A DNA stretch of 32,000 nucleotides. Origin: Candidatus Methanoperedens sp. (GTDB lineage Archaea > Halobacteriota > Methanosarcinia > Methanosarcinales > Methanoperedenaceae). Position numbers and translations under genes: made by a program. Numbering within the stretch: position 1 is the stretch's first letter; the number at the start of each line of letters is the position of its first letter. The notes beneath the pieces were generated by a model, which worked only from the letters and a program-made list of their open reading frames with translations, did no database searches and was not told the origin of the DNA. This document shows, one piece after another, positions 25,401 through 32,000 of the stretch. The stretch lies in the NCBI GenBank assembly GCA_041494705.1, contig JBGQBI010000001.1, positions 450,001-482,000 of the forward strand, read 5' to 3'.

Positions 25401-27532
25401 ATATTATGCATCGGACCGTGGCAGATGATGCAGGGGACTGTTGAGTTGGGTGTATGGAAGGTTCCATTAAAGTCAGTGCCATTGTTTTCAGAATATTCGC
25501 TATGTGCAATTGCTTTATTGGAATTATTAAGAGTGGATTTGCCTGAGATATCCGACCTGTTTGCAGGAGTGTGGCAGACTGTTGTATTGAAACATGAACC
25601 TATGACAGCATTTGTACTATGGACTGAACTGGCTTGATGGCAGTTTGGGTCACTGCAAGTGAGATTTCTGTGAACATCTTTGGTATTAATCCCATGGTTT
25701 GCACCACCGGAAGTAAGGGCACCTGGATTGCCATCAAATGATTGGTGACAGTTTGTACAGTTCAGAGTTGCACTTGTGTGTGTACCAGTTTGAGATATTG
25801 TCTCCCTTCCGCCCATATAAGGCGAATTTTTGGCCATCGTCCCGGCAGGATTCGAACCTGTATGGCCACTGTTACATCCTGACATCCCGCATCCCCACCA
25901 GTTGTAGATAAAGCTTGTATTATCGTTAAGATTGCCGTTCGACGCTTTGACCGTCCAGTTCCCATAATAGTTCCTTGCATCCATGTCAAAGCTGAAGTTG
26001 GCAAGACCATATGCATTGGTTGTAGCATTTATTCTTGCCGGAGTATATTCTGTCCCGTTGGGCATGTATAAATTGAATGTTATGACCCTTCCGCTCAAAG
26101 GTGAACCTTTATCATCTATGAAAAAGGCTGTTGCATTGATATTGGTATTTATACCCGTCCAGGAATTAGCGGTGTGAGTTGTTGTCGGTTTAAAAAATCC
26201 TGTACCATTTGAACTGGCCGTTGTCCAATCGTCCAGTATCACATAGCGGTTGGTGGCAACCAGTATTTTCCCCCCAGCCGAAGGCGGCGTGGGCGTAAGC
26301 AAGATATTAACATTGCTCATCGCAGCGCCGCTTACTGTTCCTGTGGTTGAGTTGTCGTTATAACCCGGCTTACTGGCTGTTATGATATAAGTGCCGTTGC
26401 CTACCGTAAAATTGTAGTAGCCCGTGCCGTCCGTACTGGTGGAAAGGCTCGTGTTCGTTGTAACTGCGGCGCCCGTTATCGCCTGTCCGTTTGAGGCATT
26501 GGTAACGTAGCCTGATAATTGATAAGTCGGCACAGGTGTTAGCGAGATGTTTGCAGTGGTATTATGAGCGCCGTTAATTGCTACGTTAATCGAATTTACA
26601 CCATAACCTGTGAGGCTTGCATTAATAACATATGTCCCATTGGATAAGCCCGTGAAATTATAGAAGCCGGTAGCATTTGTTGTCGTGGTCAGGCTTGTGT
26701 TTGTCTGAACTGTGGCACCGCTTAGAGGAAGACCGCTGGATTTGTTGGTAACATAGCCTGAAATATTGTAGAGTGTGGTATCGTTTATAGTGATATTCGA
26801 TATATAATTATTGAAATACAAACTCACTGTCCCGGCAGTACCCGTAGTCGTGTTTATTTGAACCATCAGCCTGTGCCCTTTCGGAACAATATATGTAGTA
26901 TAATTGATTCGAGAGCTGTAGTTTCCCTGGGTGGTTGCGGTTGGAGTTAGATTTACCTTGTTGCCAATACGGGTTTTTGCGCCGTTTGCAGGATCATATT
27001 CGAATAGTGATACGTTTAGCCGGTTATTTGTAGTACTCGTAGCCTTCCAGCTTATATTAAAAGTGGTATTTCCAGTGATTAAGGTATCATTGGTATAATT
27101 AAAAGGGAGATAAAACCTGAAAAGCTCGTATTCGGTAGTGGTGGAAGTGGTAGTAAAACTTATATTTGCTACTGTGCCCATGGTTCCGTTTTTCAATAAA
27201 TTCTTGTAAGGTCTTTGTGCCAGCGGGACTATAGTGTTTGTTGCGGAATAATTTGTCATTCCATCCGCCCCCACTGACACATTGCCTGCGGTGTTGTTGT
27301 TTTCCAGATAATAAATTTTCACATCCGCCGCTGCCGGCTGAACCATAGCAAACATAACGCCGGTTATAACTAGAACCAGAATCACAGCTAGTCTTGCCCG
27401 TTTTATCCGCTTTTTACAGAAACCTGCATTCATTTTAGAAGCCATACCACCATTTTCAATAGCAACTGCTATGCCATCAATTCGTTTTCTATTCTGAAGC
27501 ATCATGAATTGATGTCCTATCCAATTCATCAA
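22439..27532 (-). CDS. Giant multihaem c-type cytochrome (up to 1697 aa) with N-terminal beta-sandwich and CarboxypepD_reg-like domains
   Basis: The signal-like segment KKRIKRARLAVILVLVITGVMFAMVQPAAA-DV suggests the true start is Met30 (27445) or Met34 (27433, preceded by GGTGGT). The non-haem region runs to aa ~590. Beyond it I hand-counted 26 CxxCH plus CSDPNCH, CFNTTVCH, CQSSCH and CFSTGCH. Confidence 0.9.
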   Translation of the reverse strand: MMNWIGHQFMMLQNRKRIDGIAVAIENGGMASKMNAGFCKKRIKRARLAVILVLVITGVMFAMVQPAAADVKIYYLENNNTAGNVSVGADGMTNYSATNTIVPLAQRPYKNLLKNGTMGTVANISFTTTSTTTEYELFRFYLPFNYTNDTLITGNTTFNISWKATSTTNNRLNVSLFEYDPANGAKTRIGNKVNLTPTATTQGNYSSRINYTTYIVPKGHRLMVQINTTTGTAGTVSLYFNNYISNITINDTTLYNISGYVTNKSSGLPLSGATVQTNTSLTTTTNATGFYNFTGLSNGTYVINASLTGYGVNSINVAINGAHNTTANISLTPVPTYQLSGYVTNASNGQAITGAAVTTNTSLSTSTDGTGYYNFTVGNGTYIITASKPGYNDNSTTGTVSGAAMSNVNILLTPTPPSAGGKILVATNRYVILDDWTTASSNGTGFFKPTTTHTANSWTGINTNINATAFFIDDKGSPLSGRVITFNLYMPNGTEYTPARINATTNAYGLANFSFDMDARNYYGNWTVKASNGNLNDNTSFIYNWWGCGMSGCNSGHTGSNPAGTMAKNSPYMGGRETISQTGTHTSATLNCTNCHQSFDGNPGALTSGGANHGINTKDVHRNLTCSDPNCHQASSVHSTNAVIGSCFNTTVCHTPANRSDISGKSTLNNSNKAIAHSEYSENNGTDFNGTFHTPNSTVPCIICHGPMHNITKPDETQRFIRNSNTEDSQCKTCHTSNTEHNSSNTTSGGVNCTLCHSDDVHDIQVFAQNATYVDLNHNNPNPARGNCTNCHQNASFFAALKAQPKAGNYTGRNPPQIPVPLNHSTDPYAGVLWNGLQSAYWDNTSQKSACYYCHGLSTLHSISALGSVSNVKGTNSLNQDLTTSRWCANCHYKTAPDYGGNLLTQQPPEVLNQSGLVPVISKDGTSFYNHSSAISTSYDDATCKNCHDNNLNAGATSLNFSHNVGIGQAGGANCTGCHNIGGSAGAGKLVNISAMNDVNAIHSDLNSRTTTTLPAENKKCWACHGNGNEPGSSHPSNYKTPYRCVDCHVTRHIGISCAVCHNMYGDLIAIIPYVTQHYWNGTSIRTEAVTTCYDCHNRTEMMLGTNPDPDGAAGVYGGENGGSNSTSHYGKKRTDYPAQGTNDYCNKCHNNQTTVFPFIDNANKTIANHSSGYPSSNPGCTDCHATQAGRIHNSTLYKPASPVNNNRLCLSCHGNNGTGGTNYTGAVTGFKQPHNNAVNCTDCHLNDSRSIHPVRYLQQDGSNFSTSRTNAVNCTTCHQSGPGNFSTAPKIPAPMNHSADPYNGSLWNGTQQGYWTNSDTQSACVYCHGITLHNASALGNITKIMGNNTNNQSLNGSYWCANCHYKNAPNYSGNLLNPVPPEVLNMGGLVPLTSRDGTAFYNHSGALSSGYDDIKCKNCHGSALKTGATSLDFSHNLKPSASGPDCVSCHDVSGNGAPDDRKINFSAMKLGVHANLNSNATNTSVLDPINKACWACHGNGTQPEKHPVNYQYPKPCEYCHVNNNFNATLVYRHYPGSVFSGTVVYDNVDSNRTCVSCHNNSLVANQNINYGGYAAEKLKNASVSHYVVSRTLGESMPSAVTGILPDTRATTGTNFGCNKCHNAGAVGKDYGNARILPSSHNIMGSTGISCQSSCHNSNPQVNMTLHDKNIGMYVGSSGCFSTGCHVQPSTGGRRNR
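22967..23668 (-). repeat. Copy 2 of the ~235-aa six-haem module
   Basis: APKIPAPMNHSADPYNGSLWNGTQQGYWTNSDTQSACVYCH...WCANCHYK...PPEVLNMGGLVPL...CKNCH...CVSCH...CWACHGNG...CEYCHV. A partial third copy lies in the 1514-aa gene at about 10942-11361 (NGSFWNGTQQGYWTNTSQQSMCDYCH...WCAGCHY...CKGCH). Confidence 0.8.
24383..25093 (-). repeat. Copy 1 of a ~235-aa six-haem module duplicated inside the 1697-aa cytochrome
   Basis: NPPQIPVPLNHSTDPYAGVLWNGLQSAYWDNTSQKSACYYCH...WCANCHYK...PPEVLNQSGLVPV...CKNCH...CTGCH...CWACHGNG...CVDCHV is colinear with copy 2. Confidence 0.8.
26288..26770 (-). repeat. Two tandem ~80-aa carboxypeptidase-regulatory-like (CarboxypepD_reg / Ig-like) domains
   Basis: Copy 1 reads ISGYVTNKSSGLPLSGATVQTNTSLTTTTNATGFYNFTGLSNGTYVINASLTGYG...ISLTPVP. 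Copy 2 reads LSGYVTNASNGQAITGAAVTTNTSLSTSTDGTGYYNFTVGNGTYIITASKPGYN...ILLTPTP. Confidence 0.7.
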
Positions 27533-27536
27533 TTCG

Positions 27537-27600
27537 TTTTATAAACCTTAGTTAGTAACCCTTAATATAGTTTTGGTATAATTTAGGTATATTTATCCAG
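27537..27600 (-). promoter_or_regulatory. AT-rich candidate promoter region of the giant cytochrome operon (several TATA-like boxes)
   Basis: The minus strand carries GGATAAATATACC, AAATTATACC, CTATATTAAG and TTTATAAAA (27545-27537). The last box lies only ~5 nt upstream of the ATG at 27532, so if it is used, the real start codon must lie further downstream. Confidence 0.3.
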
Positions 27601-27645
27601 ATAAATCATTATAATTGTGAGTGAAATAACCAGGAAAGAATACAT

Positions 27646-27951
27646 TTAATTATTGAGATACTTCTCTATCCTGTCAAGACCTTCTCTGATATTTTCAAGG
27701 CTGAACTTCTGGTTGTAATATTGCGCCACTGCTTCCCGGAGTTCCGGCAGACCCAAACTGTGGGTGTATTTTGTCTCACCTGCTTTCAGGGCATTGAACG
27801 CTGCCTCGCAGATGTGCGGCGCTGTGGGGAAATCGGGCTCGCCGATCTCAAGATGGATTATGCTTTTGCCTGCGCGCTCAAGTTCCTTCGCCCGCTCAAG
27901 GACTTCCATTACATAAAAAGGAGGGATTTTTTCTGATTTCCGGGAGAACAT
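27646..27951 (-). pseudogene. Internally deleted class I/II (aspartate-type) aminotransferase remnant
   Basis: The 101-aa ORF has an N-terminal ~83 aa typical of AspAT-like enzymes (HLEIGEPDFPTAPHI..A...AL..GETKYTHSLGLPELREAVAQYY). This is fused in frame to SLENIREGLDRIEKYLNN, which resembles the extreme C-terminus of the same family. The PLP-lysine core (~290 aa) is missing. Confidence 0.6.
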
Positions 27952-27953
27952 TA

Positions 27954-29057
27954 CTAATACCGCTCCAGGATATTATACAGCGTATCCCGTTTCGCAACTG
28001 GGCGCCCCATTTTTTTCGCAATGTGCACAAACTCATCTATGCTCTTGCTGTGGAAAGGCACGCCTGCCGCCCTGACAACGTTCTCTTCTATCATCGTCCC
28101 GCCAAGGTCGTTTGCCCCGTAATTCAACGCAACCTGGGCTACGGAAAGACCCTGCGTAACCCAGGATGCCTGTATGTTTTTAATATAGCCATTAAGAAGA
28201 ATGCGAGATACTGCGACCATTTTCAGGTAATCAACTCCTGTTGAAGTCCCGCTCAATTGCGTATTTTCCGGTTGAAAACTCCATGGTATGAAAGCTGTGA
28301 ACCCGTTATATTTTTCCTGCATGTCGCGCACGCGAAGGATGTGTTTCACCCTCTCCTCAAGCGTCTCGGCATGTCCGAATACCATGGTCGCTGTGGTCGG
28401 GATACCCAGCGAATGGGCAGCCAGCATGACCTCCTCCCATTGCTTCCAGCCGATTTTATTGGGTGAGATGCTCTTTCGAACGCGGTCATCAAGGATTTCA
28501 GCCCCGCCGCCCGGTATGGAATCAAGCCCTGCGTCATGCAGGCGTGAAATCGTTTCCCTGATACTTGCCCCATATAACTTTGAGATATGCACGATTTCAG
28601 GCGGCGAGAAAGCATGCATCTGGACGTTAAATCTTTTTTTAACCTGACGCAGCATCTCTTCGTAATAATCGATAGGTATATCGGGATTCAGCCCCCCTTG
28701 CAGGAGAATCTGTGTCGCTCCGAGCCTGACCGCCTCATCGATTTTTGCCAGGATATCATCGATTGTCAGCACGTATGCATCCTTTGCATCACGTTCCCTG
28801 TAGAATGCACAGAACTTGCATTTTGAAGAGCATATATTGGTATAATTTATATTCCGGTCAACGACGAAAGTGACAAGCTCTCCTGCGCTTTGTTTTCTTA
28901 ACTCGTCCGCTGCTGCGCCCAGAAGGTTAAGGTTGTTGCATTCAAGAAGCGAAACGCCTTCTTGCAGTCCAATTGGTTCATTATCAAGGGCACGCCTCAG
29001 GATTTCAGAAATGGCATCGTTATCCGAAAATTTTTTTATTATTTCAAAATTTGTCAT
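27954..29057 (-). CDS. Radical SAM enzyme of the CofH / MqnC / MqnE family
   Basis: 367 aa with the cluster motif NYTNICSSKCKFCAF, then ILLQGGLNP, and GGTMIEENVVRAAG near the C-terminus, as in FO synthase subunit 2 and futalosine-pathway enzymes. I cannot separate these subfamilies by eye. Confidence 0.8.
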   Translation of the reverse strand: MTNFEIIKKFSDNDAISEILRRALDNEPIGLQEGVSLLECNNLNLLGAAADELRKQSAGELVTFVVDRNINYTNICSSKCKFCAFYRERDAKDAYVLTIDDILAKIDEAVRLGATQILLQGGLNPDIPIDYYEEMLRQVKKRFNVQMHAFSPPEIVHISKLYGASIRETISRLHDAGLDSIPGGGAEILDDRVRKSISPNKIGWKQWEEVMLAAHSLGIPTTATMVFGHAETLEERVKHILRVRDMQEKYNGFTAFIPWSFQPENTQLSGTSTGVDYLKMVAVSRILLNGYIKNIQASWVTQGLSVAQVALNYGANDLGGTMIEENVVRAAGVPFHSKSIDEFVHIAKKMGRPVAKRDTLYNILERY

Positions 29058-30525
29058 CCTGTGAATAGCTCCTCTTGAATTTCAGGGCAAGTTCGGCTTT
29101 CATTAGTTCTCTTCCGAGATAACCTGCATGGTCAAGGCGTGAAACAAGCCCAAGCCTTATGATTGTTTCAAGAACATCCTTTGCTGTTGTTCCTGCGATT
29201 GAATTATCATTATGCTTTACCACTATTTTTCCCGGAAGGATTTTTCCATTACGGTATTCCTCATCTGTAATCTCGATTTTAAAACAGCCTGCCGGGTCAA
29301 GATGCCATTTTCCGTTTCCTTTTGCTTCTGTTGCATTTTCAGGAAGCAAACCGAACTCCCGCCTTCTTTTCTCTTTTATCGAAAGCATATCAATCCCCAG
29401 GTCTTTCGGGGCGCTTCCCCGTTCTCTTGCAAGCATCATCATCATAGAGGCGGTTTTTAACTCTGATACGCTGTCATGGGCTTTTGAGCTGAATTCGGGT
29501 GTGAACAGGATGCTTGCGCCAAGCTCCATGGCAACACCCGATAGCATGGCATTCACCCCTATCGAATCCGCATCTATGAGTTCTGTCACATTGCCGATGC
29601 CAAAGAAAAGCGGCGTTTCCCGGTCGCGTTTCCTGAACTCGTAATACCTGTTAATGGATTCCACAAGACCGTGCCCCGCAGGTTCAAGCACAGGGTCGGC
29701 GATGATATTCTTGATGCCTGAATTTTGGGCATATTCGATATTTTTAAATAAACTCTCCAGGTCCTCAACACAATCAGGAATTATTACAGCGGCGGCGGAA
29801 TTTTGGACGATGTTATCTTTTACTTCATTGATGTTTTCAGAGTTCAGGCTGAGCACGATATCTATCCCGGAGTCAAGAGCCGTATTGATTAGCACAGGGT
29901 CAAGAGTATCGATGCTCAAAGGGGCATCAGTCGCTGATTTTGCAGTTTCCACTGCTGCTCTCACTTTGTCAGGCTTTGTGTCAAGTGAAATCCCAAGGTC
30001 GATGATATCGGCTCCCCGTTTTACAAAATAGGAGATTTTTTTGGCAAGCTCGCTCCTGGTCAAATGCCCAGCATCCACTATCTCGGCCATCACCTTCATG
30101 CGGGAATTCCCGCCAAGTTTTACTCCTTTTAACGTTAAAGACGAAATTGACCTTTCTTCAATTTCGATTGTCTTTTCAAATGCGCTGCTTCGCCTGTTTT
30201 CCAACAACAGCTCACATGCAGGGATTTTTCTGGAAAAAGCGATTGCGTCTCCAAAGGAAAGAACAAAATCAAGATCAACCGCATGTTTCGGCCCGAGCCT
30301 TATTTGCGTGTTGAGTTCTTTTTCAAGTCCTGAAAAATCACCTGAGGCAAGGCCGGGAATGAGAACAAGGTCATATTTTTTGGCTGGCATTGAAAGGCGA
30401 AGAAGCGCGGGAGTAACAAAAGCCGCAACCTCTATATCCAGTACGAGAACATCGGCTTCATCCTGTACTGACTTTTTAACGGTATTCCCTGCCAGTTTCC
30501 CTGTTACTACGAGGATGTTTTTCAT
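29044..30525 (-). CDS. Dihydropteroate synthase-like (pterin-binding domain) protein, long archaeal form
   Basis: 493 aa with a central TIM-barrel pterin-binding-like region (ADIIDLG...PLSIDT...IVLSLN...IADPVLEP...FFGIGNVTELIDADS) flanked by extra N- and C-terminal domains. Overlaps the downstream radical SAM start by 14 nt. Confidence 0.7.
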   Translation of the reverse strand: MKNILVVTGKLAGNTVKKSVQDEADVLVLDIEVAAFVTPALLRLSMPAKKYDLVLIPGLASGDFSGLEKELNTQIRLGPKHAVDLDFVLSFGDAIAFSRKIPACELLLENRRSSAFEKTIEIEERSISSLTLKGVKLGGNSRMKVMAEIVDAGHLTRSELAKKISYFVKRGADIIDLGISLDTKPDKVRAAVETAKSATDAPLSIDTLDPVLINTALDSGIDIVLSLNSENINEVKDNIVQNSAAAVIIPDCVEDLESLFKNIEYAQNSGIKNIIADPVLEPAGHGLVESINRYYEFRKRDRETPLFFGIGNVTELIDADSIGVNAMLSGVAMELGASILFTPEFSSKAHDSVSELKTASMMMMLARERGSAPKDLGIDMLSIKEKRRREFGLLPENATEAKGNGKWHLDPAGCFKIEITDEEYRNGKILPGKIVVKHNDNSIAGTTAKDVLETIIRLGLVSRLDHAGYLGRELMKAELALKFKRSYSQDDKF

Positions 30526-31154
30526 GCCAGATTGAATATTCCTTTAATTCCGGTAGAGATAAAATCAACCGCTATAGCCGCCAGGAAAAGACCCATCAAT
30601 CGTGTCATTACAAGCATGCCTGTCATCCCGACCACCCTGTTAAAGTAATCTGAAAACCTGAAGATTAAAAATGTAAAAATAAAAGTGAGCAGTATTGCGC
30701 CTATGACCACCAGTTTTAAGTCGAGGCTGTCTGCAGTCTTTATCAATACTATTATTGTCGTAATCGCTCCCGGTCCTGTCAGGAGGGGCATTGCTATCGG
30801 GAATATCGATATGTTTTCTCTTTGCGCCGCATCTTTTAATTCCTCGGATGTAATGCTTTCACGCGTGGTTCTTGCAAACAGCATGTCTATCGCTACAAGG
30901 AAAAGTAAGACGCCGCCCGCCACTCTTAAGGAATGGACTGTTATATTAAAAAGGTTTAAAATAATGTCTCCTAATACGGAAAAGATAATAGCAATAATGC
31001 AGGCGACCAGTACCGACCGCTTTGCCACATAGATTTTGTCAGCCTTGGTCATGTGTGTGGTCATTGAAATAAAAGCCATCACACCGCTGACCGGATTGAC
31101 GATTGCAAAGATGGATGTAAAGGCATAAATGAAGAAGGTAAGCTCCGGTGTCAT
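30522..31154 (-). CDS. MarC-family (UPF0056) integral membrane protein
   Basis: 210 aa with six predicted TM helices and the N-terminal signature FAIVNPVSGVMAFISMT. ATGA overlap with the downstream gene at 30522-30525. Confidence 0.85.
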   Translation of the reverse strand: MTPELTFFIYAFTSIFAIVNPVSGVMAFISMTTHMTKADKIYVAKRSVLVACIIAIIFSVLGDIILNLFNITVHSLRVAGGVLLFLVAIDMLFARTTRESITSEELKDAAQRENISIFPIAMPLLTGPGAITTIIVLIKTADSLDLKLVVIGAILLTFIFTFLIFRFSDYFNRVVGMTGMLVMTRLMGLFLAAIAVDFISTGIKGIFNLA

Positions 31155-31280
31155 TACTAATACTATTCTTTAAATGCTATTGAAGGTTTTGGATAGACGG
31201 GTTATTTCCGGAAGTCCCTGGAAAATGAAAAGAAACGGTCTCTGAATTTAGAAAAGGATAAGTGGAAGGAGCGAGCATAT

Positions 31281-31952
31281 TTGTTTATTATGCACACCAC
31301 CGAGGTTCCTATTGGATATGACGTTCTGGAAGTGAACTCAGAACTTGCACGGCGCAACCGTGATGCCCTGGAAAAACATGGTATTACGGCTTTTAACATA
31401 ATGGGCGCCATTGGCTCAGGCAAGACGTTGTTGATTGAAAAAACAATCGAGCGGCTTGGAAAAAGCCAGAGGATTGGCGCCATTGCCGGGGATGTGATAG
31501 CGCGGATAGATGCCGCGCGATTTGAAAAGTATGGAATCCCGACCATAGGGTTAAACACAGGGAAAGAGTGCCATCTTGACGCGCATCTTGTCGAGCATGG
31601 GCTTCTGGAACTCCCGCTTGATTCCCTTGATATCCTTTTTATTGAAAACGTGGGGAATCTTATATGCCCTGCCGACTTTGAACTTGGTGAACATAAAAAG
31701 GTCGTGATTGTAAGCGTCAGCGAGGGCGATGATATTGTGGAAAAGCATCCATTGATTTTCAGCACGGCTGACCTTATTATTGTGAATAAGATAGATATCG
31801 CGGAAGCTGTGAATGCGGATGCCGATAAAATGGTTAGTGATGCCAGGCTCATCAATCCGCGCATTGATGTTTTGAAGATGAGCCTTAAGACTGGCGAGGG
31901 TTTTGGCGAGTGGGTGGATTTTGTGAAGAGGTCTCACGAGCGCAGGGGTTAG
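31281..31952 (+). CDS. hypB: Hydrogenase nickel-incorporation GTPase HypB
   Basis: P-loop GAIGSGKT, then ENVGNLICPADFELGE and NKIDI. TTG start at 31281, about 9 nt after GGAAGGAG, with an alternative ATG at 31290. Confidence 0.9.
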   Translation: MFIMHTTEVPIGYDVLEVNSELARRNRDALEKHGITAFNIMGAIGSGKTLLIEKTIERLGKSQRIGAIAGDVIARIDAARFEKYGIPTIGLNTGKECHLDAHLVEHGLLELPLDSLDILFIENVGNLICPADFELGEHKKVVIVSVSEGDDIVEKHPLIFSTADLIIVNKIDIAEAVNADADKMVSDARLINPRIDVLKMSLKTGEGFGEWVDFVKRSHERRG

Positions 31953-32000
31953 GCACTGGTGATGAGGTGGGGTTGGAGAGAAGTATTTTTCAGACATCGT

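Noticed and set aside
9239-27532. Whether the cytochrome island is a mobile element or Borg-like extrachromosomal fragment, or a tRNA-targeted genomic island (tRNA-Ser at 7420-7505).
   Set aside because: I saw no integrase, transposase, terminal inverted repeats or duplicated tRNA 3' segment. Housekeeping genes (tlyA-like, dph2) lie between the tRNA and the island, and core genes flank both sides. The aminotransferase scar is the only hint of rearrangement, so no mobile_element call is made.
31202-31997. Minus-strand ORFs 31202-31864 (220 aa) and 31551-31997 (148 aa).
   Set aside because: Both are antisense to hypB, which has an unambiguous P-loop and ENVGNLICP / NKID motifs. The antisense translations are Ser/Arg-rich with no recognisable domain.

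Overview
Archaeal chromosomal window, shown by an archaeal-type TIM, Elp3, Dph2, NIF3, HypB, a class II tRNA-Ser and AT-rich TATA-like intergenic regions. I infer a Methanosarcinales / ANME-2d ('Methanoperedens'-like) origin from gene content; this is not proven. Left part (1-9205): housekeeping genes plus a tightly packed plus-strand cluster (2103-6539) holding a divergent polyprenyl synthase, an SCP2 protein and four orphan proteins. Centre (9239-27532, almost all minus strand): an ~18 kb c-type cytochrome island. It contains two giant multihaem cytochromes (1514 aa and up to 1697 aa, each with 26 canonical CxxCH by hand count), an FG-GAP propeller / Ig-repeat / hexahaem / C-terminal TM fusion protein, and two small membrane-anchored cytochromes. 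It also contains a System II maturation pair (ResB/CcsA), a membrane-anchored CxxC thioredoxin and a B12-binding radical SAM enzyme. Right part (27646-31952): an internally deleted aminotransferase remnant, a CofH/MqnC/MqnE-type radical SAM gene overlapping a dihydropteroate-synthase-like gene and a MarC gene, then divergent hypB. No CRISPR, rRNA, transposase or integrase was recognised. The best leads are a conserved atypical C-x11-CH motif in two paralogous cytochrome modules next to a dedicated System II lyase, the propeller-cytochrome fusion, the modular duplications inside the giant cytochromes, and the orphan isoprenoid-linked cluster.
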